Source of the DNA: Lama glama
Lineage: Eukaryota
DNA: 64,000 nucleotides
Reading direction: 5' to 3'
Assembly: GCA_028534125.1 (NCBI GenBank)
Contig: CM052816.1
Span: forward strand, 96,350,001-96,414,000
Of the stretch, positions 38,376-51,650 are shown in pieces (the first letter of the stretch is position 1; the number at the start of each line of letters is the position of its first letter). Under the pieces are notes generated by a model. That model had not been told where the DNA came from and did no database searches. It saw only the letters and a program-made list of their open reading frames with translations. The position numbers and the translations under genes are program-made.

Positions 38376-39220
38376 TAATTTATGGTAGCATTGATATATA
38401 ACATTACATGTTTCATGTGTTCAATATTATATTTCTAATTTTGTAAACCTTACAATGTGCTCACCACCAAAATTTTATTTTCTGTCACCAGACAGTTGAT
38501 CCCCTTTAACCATTTCATTTCCCCCCACCCTTCCCCCTCTAATAACCACTACTGTGTTTTCTGTATCTGTATGTTTGTTTTTGTTTGGTTTGTTAATTTA
38601 CTTTGCTTTTTTTGTTTGTTTATTAGTTTTTTATATTCCACGAATGAGTGAAATCATATGGTATTTGTCTCTCTCCCTCTGACTTATTTCACTTAGCACA
38701 ACGCCCTCAAGTTCCAACCACGTTGTTGCAAATGGCAAGATTTCATCTTTGTGTATGAATGAGTAGTATTCCGTTGCATAAATATGCCACATCTTCTTTA
38801 TCCCAGAAATAAACGCTCACATATCTGGACAATTAACTTATGCCAAAAGAACAAGAACATTCTTTGGAGAAATAATAGCCTTTTCGATAAATGGTGTTGG
38901 AAAAGCTGGACACCCACACGCAAAAAAAAAGAAACTAGACCACTGTCTCACAAGATACACACAAACTGACTCAAATGGATTAAAGACTTGAACGTAAGAC
39001 CAGAAACCATAAAATGCTTAGAAGATAACGTAGCCAGCTCGTTCTTTGACATTAGTCTTAGCATTATCTTTCTAGATATGTCTCCTCCAGCAAGGGAGAC
39101 AAAGGCAAAAACCATCAACAAATGGGATTACATCAAACTGAAAACTTCTGCACAACAAAGGAAACTGTCAACAAAACCAAAGACAGCCTACCCAATGGGA
39201 GAAGATATTTGCAAATATAT
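38376..39220 (-). mobile_element. L1 with an inverted 5' segment (junction ~38803)
   Basis: 38376-38802 is an antisense L1 3' end. 38803-39220 is sense ORF2 (PEIN...SLFDKWCW...WDYIKLK...WEKIFAN). Confidence 0.88.
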
Positions 39221-39439
39221 CTTCTTACATTCAGAGAAATCACACATTCAGGTTACCTGCCTGGCCTTGTGGGCATTTAGCTTAAGCACCTGCTACAAAA
39301 GTTGACTGAAACATCTTGAGACAAAAATGCTCTCAGACAAAGGATTTTCTATAACTACACAAGTCAAGCCCCCAGCAGGGGTGGAATTAGTGACCTTGGT
39401 TTCAAGATCCCTCTCAATGTTTAAATCCCCGCTAATAAG

Positions 39440-39660
39440 TGGGAATTTGGGAGGCAGGGTTGCATAGATGTGCAGAGCTTGGCTCTGAGGTCAGACCACC
39501 TGACTCGAATCGCTGCCCCCACCACTCACGTGTGTGTTTTGGGCACTTTACGTGAACTGATCCTTCCACTGCAAAACCAGAAACTGACGGCATCATTACA
39601 GGGGTTCAGTTACATGTGAAACTGCATGTACATAATAGTGTTCCTTCAATTATCGATAAT
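39440..39660 (+). mobile_element. MIR SINE (degenerate)
   Basis: ggctctgaggtcagac...gaatc...ccactcac...ttgggca. Confidence 0.6.
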
Positions 39661-41534
39661 AATAAAAATTAACAATATTGTTGGATTATTGAATAAAATA
39701 CAAGATGAGTGAAGATGACCAAGTAATTAAGGCCCCAGAAGGCAAAGTTCTAACAGGGTTATATTAATACTGTACAATTCAGGTTTTCTATGTTGCTTAA
39801 TTTTTATTACAATCGTATTGAGAGCCTCTTCTTAGGTTTATTTTAGTTTGCCCGGTGTTGATTTTCTTAGCAAATAGTGGATGACAATTCTGTCTGGTTA
39901 CATCCCCAGCTTTCTGGCTAGCCGTGCTGGCTAACCTCACAGAGGATTTGCGTTTCTCTTCTAAGATCTTAAGAACCAAACTTTCTAAGTTGCTGTCTGA
40001 GAGCGAGCCACAGGAGGGACTAATGGCTTCGGCTGCAGGCTGGTCCTATCGCCGCCTCCCCCGATCTTTCAGTCTTGTCGTAATAGCTGGAGTAAGCTGG
40101 CCTGGGCTTCTCGAATAAATTCCTCACAAAGCTCCATGGATTTCTGTACTGAATCCTCTATGATTATGAAAGTGCGTGCAAATAGATTCTTTGGTAATTC
40201 ATTCCAGTCCTTTTATGTGTTTGACTATCTATGTCTAGATATTTTGAAGGTTTTCCATTTAGCCATTTCCTATGTAAAAAATAGATTATCTTTTTCTATG
40301 CTTTAGCAATCTCATGGGTTCTGCATGCTTCTCCAAAGATAATTGCTGGAGACTCCAGAACCGTGTCTTTACGGCCACAGTTGTTGGCAGACCCGCAAAT
40401 GAAAACTCACAAGGGCTCACTGGGATTCCTCAAGTGTCCAGTGCAAATGAAACCCCTGCACACGCGTTTCAGGCGATGCTCTGAGGGTGGCTCTGTCCGT
40501 TCTGAATGTGACTGCTTTCATCTATATCAGAGCAATATTTCAACTCAAAAGCAATCTCTGTGACCCCTAACGACCCACATGACTTCCGCCCGTGGGAAAG
40601 TCTAAGCCCAGTCTGGTTATCACTGAATCTGATACACAACCCTCTTCTTCTCCTTGAAGCCCAAAGGAAAACAGGAGAAAACAAAACAAAACAGACCAAC
40701 GAATGTGCTTTTGGTTCTAAGAGTGTTGAAGTAAGGTTGGTATTTTCACCAGTAATTTATTTAACGGTTCTTAACAATCTGGCACAGAATTTAGGTAGAA
40801 GTGAGGAAAAAAAAAAACCAGCCTGTAAATTAGCTACTTATGGATTTGGGAGATGCTAAGTGCCGGCAGAGGGAAGTCTGGTCAGGGGAGATAAAGTCCT
40901 GCTCAGAAAGAAAAGTTACGGGACATAGGGGTAGCTCTGAGATGATTAAGAGGAATTTAAGCTTTCCTTTATTTAGTGAGATTTAAAAATCTGTAGCAGA
41001 AGGACAATAATTTTGGAAAATTAGTCAAGGAATAAAAGAACTCCGTATCTATTCCAGGTGCATAAATTTACTTGTCCTCAGTTTTTGCTACTAAATTATT
41101 TTCCAAAGAATAAGTCTGGCCATGTGGATGTGGAATATGGACTATATACATCATATAAATCTTGTCATCATGAAATAAGGCCAGTGAGTTCCAGAAATTA
41201 TAGAGATTTTAAAATGGATATTTTAAAGAGAGAGAGTACATTGGTTGTATTTCAAAGTGACTGTGGGGAAGGATGTACTGAGGAAGCAGAGCTCAGTGTC
41301 GCAGAGGGACGGGAATGAGGAGAGGGCTTCGCAGCGAGCTCAGCGGGGAGGGACGTGCAATTCTCAGGGCACCATTGTCGTAGTCGTGGTGGGAGAGAAT
41401 GCAGGTGTTCCCTTCTGAACCACGGCTCCCTCGTCTCAGACCACAAATATTCTGAGTTTTACATATTCCTAACTCATATCCAGTGTTAATTATTACATCT
41501 AAAATGTATAACAGCATGAAATATAGAAGACACT

Positions 41535-42043
41535 ATAATCAGTCTACTCACATTTATTACCCCTCTTCTTCCATTTCTAAGGAAACCTCTATGTTGTTTG
41601 GGCAACCATGTGTCTAGTTAAAAATATCAATTTTCCAGGCTCCTTTCTAGCTAAAGGTGACAATGTAATACAGTTCGTCTAATAAGAAATAATCCAAATT
41701 TGGGTATGGGGCTTCTGGGGAAGTTACTTTTTTTGATAAAAAGTGTCAGACTCAGCTGGCACACACTTTTTGCCCTATTCCTCTTTCTTTTTTGCTGCCT
41801 GGAATACAAATGTGATGCATAAAGGCACCGCAACCATTATGTGAACATGAGAATGCAAGTCAGACGTTAAGGATGGCAGAACAGAAAGGTAGGAGGAACC
41901 TGATTCTGAGGTTCAGTCTGGAGATGCTCTTCCCATCCAGCATGTATCCCTCTACCCCTCTGGTGCCTGCAGAGAAACATGAATTTAGTTAGGTCTCTTT
42001 ATTCAATTTTGTATTACTTGTAGTTGAAGGAAACTCTGATACA
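41535..42043 (+). mobile_element. MaLR solo LTR, MLT1J-like
   Basis: tgcctggaatacaaatgtgatg...aaggatggcagaacagaaag...ttacttgtagttgaa...tgataca. Confidence 0.8.
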
Positions 42044-44156
42044 AGTTACAAAATGATCTGGGGAAAAGGAATTCCAGCATCTTAATCGCCAAGAAAGTCA
42101 GCAACCAAATGTGACCACAGGCATCTCTCAAAAGATAACATGGGAAGAAACACAGAGCTAGATAAGTATAAGGTTTCACTGTTTACTTGTTTTATCTTGA
42201 ACTCACCCCAGTTGCATTTAACCTTTCATATTCCACACACACACACACCCATTCAGACTGATACTCATTTTATTTTAAATTGATACAATAGTCTCCACAT
42301 GTTTTACTGGTTATTATGATTACAAGCTTGGTAAAAAGGAAAGAGATGTTGGAAGAAATTAGTAAACTTTGCTTCAAAATCAAAGAAGAAATGCCACGGC
42401 AACATTTGGCTGAACTAGCATTCTTAGCAGTTATTTTTATTGTCAAGTGGCTAGATTGAACGATTTTCTATTTTGTCACCTAATGGAAAATTGCAAGGGC
42501 CAGTGAACACTGATAATTAAGGCACGAAATGAGGCCATCTTTACCTGAATTACCCATTTTGGCAATGATCGTCTTTGACATCATTACAAAATTTCTTCCT
42601 CAATTTGATCTAGATAATCAGACTTCATGAGAAAGTCGATATCAATTGATCTGTATGAATCTAAACCGTTATAAATGTTTAATAGCTTAACTCATCAACC
42701 AGATCTTTTATCAGTGTTCTGTGTTCCTACGTGATGTAGGAACTAATCAGAATGCCTTCTGTATTCGAATGATTTAAGCAATTTTTACCGGTTACCATTT
42801 AAGCAATGTGGTGCCATTTACCAAAACAACATGAATCAGATGTGAATGACCATTTGCCATTTGGCCTTTTCTTTTTATTCAAACTTGCCTCCCTTTTTTT
42901 TTAAAAAAATAAGAATCATGTATGAGGGTTGAGGGGTTAGAATACAGAGCAGCAAAGTGGGGGATTTTGTTTCTCTCCTTTTTTTCCCCTTGGAATTACA
43001 AACCCAACCAGTGTTTGAGGGATTTGGAACAAATATTGCAGATCCCAACAAATTAAAGGTGGTGTTTGCCTCACGAAAACCAGCTATCTTGGGCAGATCA
43101 TAATCCCAAATATAAGCTTAGATTTTCCAGTTGCTCCTATAGGGTTTCCTATTTGCATTGTCTGGAACAGGAAGGAGTCTCAGAGAGAAGGTGCTCTGGT
43201 GTTTCTGATTCTCCAAGATGCATCCCTCCCGCCAACACAGACAGTGCCCAGTGAAATGAGATGGTCCCAGGAAACCCCATTCTCTCCAGGAGTCTGAGAA
43301 ACCCTGTGGGTGGGACCCCTCCCCCAGGGGGAGACCCAGATGAAGTGAGCATTTACTTGGCATCTGGAGAGTGGTGAGCCCTGGGGCTGTCAAGCCAGGG
43401 CCATGTGTGGCTGAGCAGAGACCAAGCCACAGACTCTGCAGTAAGGTAGAACCTTGAGCTCCAGCTGGGAGGTGACGGAATCCAGGTACCAGCAGGCGGG
43501 TCCAGCCCTGCCTTAGCAGCGGCTCCAGGTGAGACAGGGAGGCGGGCCTGAGACCTGTCAGCCAGAAGGCTGAGGGATGGGGGCTTGGGCCCAGCGGATT
43601 TGTGATCACTGCCAATGCCTGGAGAGCCCAGGGACAAAGGGAGGAGAGCCCGAGGGCTGCCTCTTGGCAACTAACACGACACACAGTGCATGTTGCAGGT
43701 GGTAACATGTGGAGGTCACACCAGAGCTTTCAGACTTTAAGGAGAACTGAGTGGCCTCCTGATGTTGTTAAAATTCTGACCCAGGGGTCAGGGTTGCCAG
43801 GACACAGAACTTTCTGAGGCTCTGGGATGCTGTGCCGTTCATCACACCTGCTCTGGGAGATCAAGGTCCTTGGAGGTGTTTGGGCTGGAGAAAAAACTGC
43901 CTCCAGGACATTGGACAACAGGCAGACAGGGTTTTTCCAGCCTGAGTCAGAAGGGGAGTCCCAGTGAAAAGCCAGGACCCCGAGGAAATACAGAAGGCAG
44001 CGCGGCTGAGCTGGGTCCTCAGGTCCTTTATGGGAGGATGAGGAGGGGCACAGAGGGTCTTGTGTGTTTACGTCTGGGGATGGAGGGCTGCCAGCTGGTG
44101 CTGGGATGTTTAGGCTGTATCTGTAAAGAGTGGACTTCTTGAATTATTACTATCTT

Positions 44157-44571
44157 ACATATTATATTGCATGAAAGATTCTTTAAATTCTCTAGTGTTT
44201 TGCTATATTCAAAAGTTTCACACACATGATTTCATATAATCCCATAATAATGTTTTTCCCTACCCGTGTATTGCCCCTCCCCCTCCCCTCTCCCCGTTGG
44301 CCACCACTAGTTTGTTCTCTACATCTGTGAGTCTGGAAGCAACCTAAGTGTCCATCAACAGATAAGTAGATAAAGAAGATTAGTGTATATATATACTCAA
44401 TGGAACACGACTTGGCCATAAAAAACCATGAATTGCCATTTTCAGCAACATGGATGGACTCAGAAGAGCATTATACTAAGTGAAATAAGTCAGAGAAAGA
44501 CAAATACTGTAGGATACCACCTATATGTGGAGTCTAAAAAATACAACAAACTAGTGAATAAAACAAAAAAA
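44157..44571 (-). mobile_element. L1 3' fragment with a twin-priming inversion (junction ~44335) and TSD
   Basis: An antisense 3' end abuts a sense WKQPKCPS...3' UTR segment. TSD gaattattactatctt (44141-44156) / gaattattattacctt (44572-44587), 14/16 identical. Confidence 0.9.
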
Positions 44572-45390
44572 GAATTATTATTACCTTTAAAAGTTTGGAA
44601 AAGAAATGAAATACTTTCTTCATAGTGTAACTGCCAGACATTGAACTAAGTATCCTAAACATTCTCTTATTCTTCAGAGCCTGGAGTGACTGACATTGCC
44701 AACCAAGGTCAAGGTTTGGGGAGACTTATCGGATGACTGTGTGTAACTCGGGCTGGGAAGGAGCGCTGCAGGCAGGGAGGCTGGGAAGTTGGCTGCATCT
44801 TCCAGGTAAGGGATGGAGAGAGCCGGGGCGAGGGCAGCCCAGGAGCGGCCATCTGATGAGAGCTGAAAACAGTCCCGCACTTAGCCCGGATTTCTGCCTG
44901 TCACTGTTCCTCAGCACTTAGGTTACATAACTGTAAAGAAACAGTAACTGTTTGATCCTCATGGACTTTGGGAACTGACGGGACAGCCGTTCTGCTCATT
45001 TCTGCCCCCTACCCCCCACCATCCAATATTACCCCTGACCCAGCCCAGGAGGAGCTGAGGGACACTCATCAAAGTGTCAGATCCACCCAAGTGGGAGAGA
45101 CTGGGGGCGCCTCATGGTTCACTATAAAGTAAGACTACACTCTCCTTGCCTTGAAGACTGACTAAAATCGATAACTCTGAGCTTCATTGAGAAGTGATAC
45201 AGTGTCTGCCCTAGAATGGAATAGTAAAACACTCAAGGTTTTTCTTCAGTCCAAGTAAGATGTAACTCACTGGCCCCATTACTGTCTACCCAGCCCCAAA
45301 CCGAGGTCTACCACGGTGCCACTATTTGATTAATGACACAGTTTTGTGATTTTCTTCCATACTCTGAGCTAATTTTATTTGAGTATATCC

Positions 45391-45433
45391 TATATATATA
45401 TATACATATTTTAAGTCTACATTATTTTAAGTC

Positions 45434-45464
<31 letters not shown>

Positions 45465-45494
45465 GATATATATATATATTTATATATATATATA
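45391..45494. repeat. Interrupted (TA)n microsatellite
   Basis: Directly visible. Confidence 0.95.
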
Positions 45495-47719
45495 ATTTGG
45501 TTATATTTATTGGTTAAAAAAACTTATTCAAAGGAATCATATCAATTTTTAGTGTTTACAAACTAGCAAGAAGTTGACATGATACTAAGGAAGTGAACCA
45601 AGGATAAAAATGCAAGTCCCCAGATAAACAAAGGGCCAATAGCTATGTGGAGAAAGATTCCAGCCTTACTGGGATTCAAAAATGTAAAACACCACTTCTC
45701 ACCCACCATGTTGGCCAAAACAAAACAAGAATGTAAATATCCCAATGTTGTCAAACCCAGCCCTTTTTTTCATTGTTAGTAGAATTATAAACTGTCACAA
45801 CATGTTCAAAGATACTTGCCAAAATATTCAAAAAGCTTTAAAAATACTTTTGGCATGTACCTCTTCTGTGAAACACAGCAGAATCCCACGAGGAGTAGGC
45901 GGCGGATCAGGAAGGTGGTGTTTACTCCCATCTCAGTGGCGCTCCTTGCTAGGCTTCTGGCTCCAACAACTGGGTAGAACATGGTGCGACTGGGAAAGAA
46001 AAATCCAGTTTAGGGAGGGAGGAGAGAGGCAACTTGCGCTGGGCACAGCTACATGGAGCCACTAGGACCTCACATACAGGAGTTTGAACAGTGTGTTGGG
46101 AGAAATGAGAGTTATGACTGAGTCGGCAAGTAGTTACGAAGACGTGGAGAGAACACATGCAGCAAGTTTTCAGGAAAGTTTTGGTGGGAAATGAGAGGCA
46201 TTTCTTTAGGATAGGAGATTCTTGAGGATTTAAAATGTGGATGAGGAGATTAAAAAAGGTGAGGTTGATTACAGAGCAGAAAGAAGACAACTGCTAGACC
46301 AGGGCTGCTGAGAACTGAGGAAGTGGCTGTGTGGACGAGTCCACAGGGTGTCCGGAGAAGAGCTTGGCTTAATTCAGGAGCACCTGCTCCCAGTGACAGG
46401 AGGGAAGAGAGAAACGATGAATACAGATGAAAGCAAGTCTGTGTGGAATTGGTGGTGAAAATCTGATACAGATTAGGTAATGGTTAAATTCCCAGAGATG
46501 CTATAAAGAAGAGCTTCTGTGTAAGTGAAGTTTTAGGAGAAGAGAAAATATTTAAAATAATTCACAGAGAATAGAAAAGTCAATTGGTTATAGTTTAGAG
46601 ACTCAAATGGAAGGGAATACATTTTCATTCCATTCTGGGATGTTTATTTTAATCTAAAGATACCTTCTCCTGCATATTTGCTATCGTCACTGTGAAATAA
46701 ACCCTTTATCTAAGTTCACAGAGTCTTAGTGATGATTTTGAATGAATATAGAAAGAAACTCCCTTCTGAATATGATGTAGCTTCTGTGTCTCCTGGTTAA
46801 ACCTTTTCCCACTTACTATTTTTGTAAGAATCTGGTGGTTTCATTTCTATCCTAACTCATATAGCCCAGGGGTTTCATAGGTAAATAGATAAGAGAACAA
46901 CAACAACAAAAAGGAACAAAAGAACATATGTACGATGATAATTGTTCAGTCCCTACTAATGATTGGGAGGAAAAACTTTTCAGTCCTTTTTATTCCACAT
47001 CATTCTATATTAAAAAAAAATTGGCAGAGAGAAGAATGTTCAAAGAATAAGGAAAAGCTAACTTTACGAAAGTATTACTCATAATATTCTAGTGAGAAAT
47101 ACTGGAACCTGTGTGTATTCTCCATTTTATATTTTACTAGAGAAATCCTGATGGTCGATTTCTGATATTTTAATACAGCTGCTAATGAGCTGTAAACTCA
47201 TTTCAACTGAGTCTTACGTTTTGGATGATGTTCCAGGGGAAGTAAATTTATAAGCAAAGAATGCTGATATTGTTATAAATGTAAGTAATACTCTTCTGAT
47301 TCATAAATGTAATTTGAGGCATTTTACTTAACTTAGCAAATGGATTCTGACTTAACGGCTTTATAAACACAGCGCCAGGCCAGTCAAGTGGGCGGTTTCC
47401 TCTGTAAGGCTCACTCTCATACAGTCCCATGTGGTCCACGTGCTTCCTGTTCATCCTCTCGCTTCTTCCCTCCAGCACCTCAGTAAAAAAGCAACAGATC
47501 GACATAGGGAAAGCACAAGCAAACCTGCCAGCAGGAGTTAGCAAAAGCAGGTATTTTGTTTCAGTTGGGTTTCTAGCCCAGCACAAAGCACTGTTGCCTT
47601 TTGGAAAAGGGCATTGTAAATTACTCTGGGAATTGGGAGCCACAAGTTATAATTACTTGCTGGTTTTAAAGAAATCTTTCCTTCCTTCCTTCCTTCCTTC
47701 CTTTTTTTCTTTCTCTCAT

Positions 47720-48300
47720 TCTTTCTTTCTTGGAGTATACCATACATACAGGAAGTGCAGAAATCACAGATGTTCAACTTACTGAATTATCACAAAGTGA
47801 ACCCACCCATGTAAACACCCAAATCAAGAAACAGAGCATTTCCAGCACACCAGAGGCTCCCCTCTGCCCTTCCCTGTCACTAACTCTTTTCCCTGAGTTA
47901 GAAAACGCCATCTTCACTTCACATATCATAGCTAGGCTTTGATCATCTTTGAAAATTTTATAAGCAAAATCATGAAGTCTCTATTCTATTGTGATTTGCT
48001 TCTTGTGTTTATGAGATTCCCTCCTATTGCCTGTGTTTATTCTCATCACTGTATGGTTTTCCACTGCATGAATGAATGAATCACACTTTAGATATTCTGC
48101 TGTTGAGAACCACTTGAGTTGTTTGCAGATTTCCTTTATCTATATTACAAACGGTGCTGCTATAACATTCTTGTATATGTCTCTTCATACACAGATGTAA
48201 AAATATCGGTTGGATGTACGTCTAGGTGTAAACTTGTCAGGTGACAGAACACGTGTATCTTCAGTTTTTTTTTCCCTCTAATCAATCTTTAGTGGATACT
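47720..48300 (-). mobile_element. Old L1 (L1MC/MD/ME) 3' fragment with an adjacent (TTCC)n tract
   Basis: catacaggaagtgcagaaatc...cacaaagtgaac...ccaaatcaagaaacagagcatt. Confidence 0.8.
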
Positions 48301-48305
48301 GTAGA

Positions 48306-48512
48306 GCAAGCTTCTCAACCTATTGACATTTTGGGCTGAAAAATTCTTTGTTGTTGGGGGCTATTTGCAGTGTATAATGTTTAACAGTATCCCTGGCCAC
48401 TGCCCAGTTCACACCAGTAGTAACCCCCCTCCCCCCAGTTGAGACCACCACAGATGTCCATGGAACCTTGTACCTTCTGGGAGGCAAAGCCACCCCTGGT
48501 TGAGACGCACTG
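48306..48512. mobile_element. MER20 (hAT-Charlie MITE)
   Basis: ttctcaacc tattgacattttgggc...aattctttgttgt...ccctggttgaga..cactg, with matching terminal inverted repeats. Confidence 0.85.
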
Positions 48513-48809
48513 CTAGGGTGCTTACAGCCTGAATCTAGGCTCTATGGACGGATATTTCCTCTTTTTGTCAATGTTTCTAGTTGTTCTTGGGGGAGGGTTG
48601 GATTGTAGCAAACTAGTCTACAATTATCAGAAGTGAGCAAATCCACGGATAACTTGTTTGGAAACCTAGTCAACACAAAGTAACATAATGAAAATAGGTA
48701 CTAATATTATTTAAATAAGTTTGTGACTGTCATGTACCTTTATCTCTAAACCAATAGAATTTACATGAATCCCCTGTCCCAGTGCACTGCGAGCCAGTGG
48801 ACAACGAGG

Positions 48810-49010
48810 AGCAGTGAGGAGGTTCAGGTTATTGGGGGGAAAGCCTGGACATCTTGGCTTGAATCTACTTCTCCCACTTCCAAGCTTCCAGTCCTTTAGG
48901 AAGTTACACAATGTCCCTGTCTGATCGTTTTCATCTGTGAAATAGAGCCAGTAACCATTCTACCTTCCTCCCAGCATTGCCAAGTGGATAACACAGAAAT
49001 GAGAGACAAT
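48810..49010 (+). mobile_element. MIR SINE
   Basis: ttaggaagttac...ttttcatctgtgaaataga...tacct. Confidence 0.65.
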
Positions 49011-50364
49011 TTTCTAGAATGATATAAAGAATGTTTATAGCTTTAATTTGTATTTTTAATAGATTTTTCTCTTTAGTAGAAGACAAACTACACACAATGT
49101 CTCCTTATAATAATGTTGTTCACTGGAGTGGTCAGAACTATGAGAAGAAACAAAAGTAGATTTATTTCCTGGATAACGTAATATTATCTACCGAATCAGG
49201 GCAACTTAACCCGCCCTAATTTTACTCCCAGTATTTGAAGTCATATGAATTTTAAGGCCTCAAAGGGAAGATAAATACATTTAGCATCATTCCTCCTAAG
49301 TAGGTGGGTAAGGTTCGCTGGTTCTGATCAACCTGAAAACATCTAAGAGTAGCCAAGATAATTTATTCTCCAGTTCTCTCTTCCCACGATTGCCCCTCCA
49401 GGAGGGTAAATGTAGCAACAAAGTCATGGACTGACTCTTGGAAAATCTTCCCTGCGCCCGAGGGCGCTTCCTGAGACTCCTGCTAAATCTCCACTAATCT
49501 CCACGGAGTCCACTGATTCTTAATTATTCGCTGCTCTGGTCACACTTCAAAATCTTAAGACATATGAAGCTGATACAGAACTCTGTGCTGCTGCTCCTAT
49601 CAATGTGTTTCATACGAATCGGCTGATAAGCAGTCGGAGCAAATAGCAATGGTAGTTCTATTATTGATGCTGTAGGGCAAACTGTATGTTATTTTTACGA
49701 GTGCCTGGGTGAATGAAAGATGCATTACAGGAAGAATCAATCACTGGATACGCTGAAAAGGAAGGAGTACCTGGAAGCATTTGCTGTGAGAAAACCGCGG
49801 AGAAGATGAAGAATTACAGACAGCTTAAGTACCTCGGGCGAGAGAACGTGCACCCTTCCGCCCCGCGCGGCTCCGCGGAAGGGAGAACCTCGAGCGCGAG
49901 GCTGGAGGAGGGGCGCCTGAGTTCTTGTTAATAATGCAGAGGAGACCGCAAGCTCAAACGTGGGGATGACTCAGCCTGAAGACATTTATCTCAGAGGCTG
50001 CTAGCTGGCTAGCTTATTGTAAAATTCTGTATGATTTATGTACAAGATTTGCATATCCATAGTGAAAAATTCCCTTTCCTCACTCCTTCCCTAGACAAAC
50101 TAGTCACAATGCTATTATTCCAGTACCAAAATTACATAGAAATGTCACCTTATGGCACCTATTTTTAAAGTGATAATGAAAACCTGCCATTCCTTACAAT
50201 GCCCTTCCTATAAAAGCGAATTTTAAAAATAGGATAAAAATACAAATAGAACTGTGAATAATTATTGAATACTTTATATATTGAAAGAACAAACATATAA
50301 ATGCCTCTATAAAAATATCTACAGTGAAACTTTAGGGAAGAGGTGGCAAATGAACATGTGTGAT

Positions 50365-50494
50365 TTTTTTTTTGGAGGGGGGAGGTCATTGGGTTTATTT
50401 ATTTATTTATTTTAATAGAGATACTGGGGATTGAACCCAGAACCTCGTGCATGCTAAGCACACACTCTGTCCCTGAGCCATACCCTCCCCCGCC
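50365..50494 (-). mobile_element. tRNA-Ala-derived SINE of camelid type
   Basis: The minus strand reads GGGGAGGGTATGGCTCAG...CTTAGCATGCACGAGGTTCTGGGTTCAATCCCCAG (A and B boxes), then (TAAA)n, a C-rich block and poly(A). Degenerate TSD gaacatgtgtgat / gaacacggatgat. Confidence 0.9.
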
Positions 50495-50859
50495 GAACAC
50501 GGATGATAGTGCTGCTGAAACCTAATCACAAAAACTGATACCGATAAAAATTATTAAAATAGAATTACGATGATAAAAATTCAATTTTTGGATAAATGAA
50601 ACAAAAATATTGAGTAGCATAATTGCCAAATATCACTCAGAATCACCCACTACTTTGCTTTTATTGTTTTTTGAGAAATTACTAGAATATTGCTATTTTT
50701 TTCCATGAGAAAAATAGAGTTACACAAACATTTCAAATCATATTTGCAAATAATTTTTAAAAGCCATTAGTCAAGGAAAGGTTTCTTTTTAAAAGGATTC
50801 ATGCTATTTCCTCCTGCTCATACTATTGCCTTCTCCACACAGTGAGATGACAGTGCTGC

Positions 50860-51650
50860 CTGGCAGTTATCACTGGAGCAAACCCATCTGGCCATTCTAC
50901 CTGCTGAATATGTCCTGCCTCCACCTACCTCCTTTCCTCCCTTTGGGTCCAGTCTTCCCCCTTCACATCCTAGTGCCCAGGATGCCATCCTCCTCCTCCC
51001 CTCCCAGGAGTGAGATGCCTCCTCTCCCCTCACACCTGGTGGCAGGGATGCTGTCCTTGCTGACCCAGCTTCACACACCTGCTCCCCTTCTGTGTACTCT
51101 GTGCAGAGCAGCTGGAGTGACCTTTCCACACCGTGGCTGGATCCTGACCCTCTGTGACAGCCCTCCCTGGATGCCCACTGCATGTGGGTTAAAACAAACA
51201 ATCTCTCCTGCGCCCTCTCTCCACCCTGACCCCCCCCCCCGAAGTCCAGCCACGATGGCCCCTTGTCTTATCCGAGGATGTTGGCTCATGCTGCTCCCCT
51301 CCTGAGACCACCCCTACCCTTACCTGCTTCCTCTCCCACATCCTGCCCGTCTCAGCGTAAACATCACCTTGGCGGAAACTACCCTGACCTGGGGCCAAAT
51401 CAGTGCCCACCCCCAAGCCAGGTATTCTTTTCCCTAACTGTCTATTGTTTTCATTTGTAGGACTTAACACAGTCTGCAGTTAAAATTACATTTGTTTTCT
51501 TGTTTTTTGTTTGCTTAATGTCTGTCTTTTCTGCCTAAGGCTTCCCTGAAGGCAGAAAAGTGGGGTTTTTTTTGTTGTTTTTCCTAGAAGTGGCCATCCT
51601 GCTTGTCATGGAGCCCGGCATAGAGTCTGCTATGTAATTGGTGGAAAGAA
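50860..51650 (+). mobile_element. L2 3' region
   Basis: Pyrimidine-rich L2 body ending in tgtctgtc...ccctgaaggcaga...cccggcatagag...ggaaagaat. Confidence 0.7.

Noticed and set aside
43118..43708. Longest ORF in the track (196 aa)
   Set aside because: GC-rich and Leu/Pro/Ser-biased with no domain; several frames are open at once.
19565..49920. CTCF-like motifs at ~19575, ~39372, ~43320 and ~49905
   Set aside because: Each has several mismatches to the core consensus and cannot be supported without a PWM scan or ChIP data.
50425..50494. tRNA-Ala gene
   Set aside because: Mutated A box and stems, plus a SINE tail and TSD; it is a SINE head.
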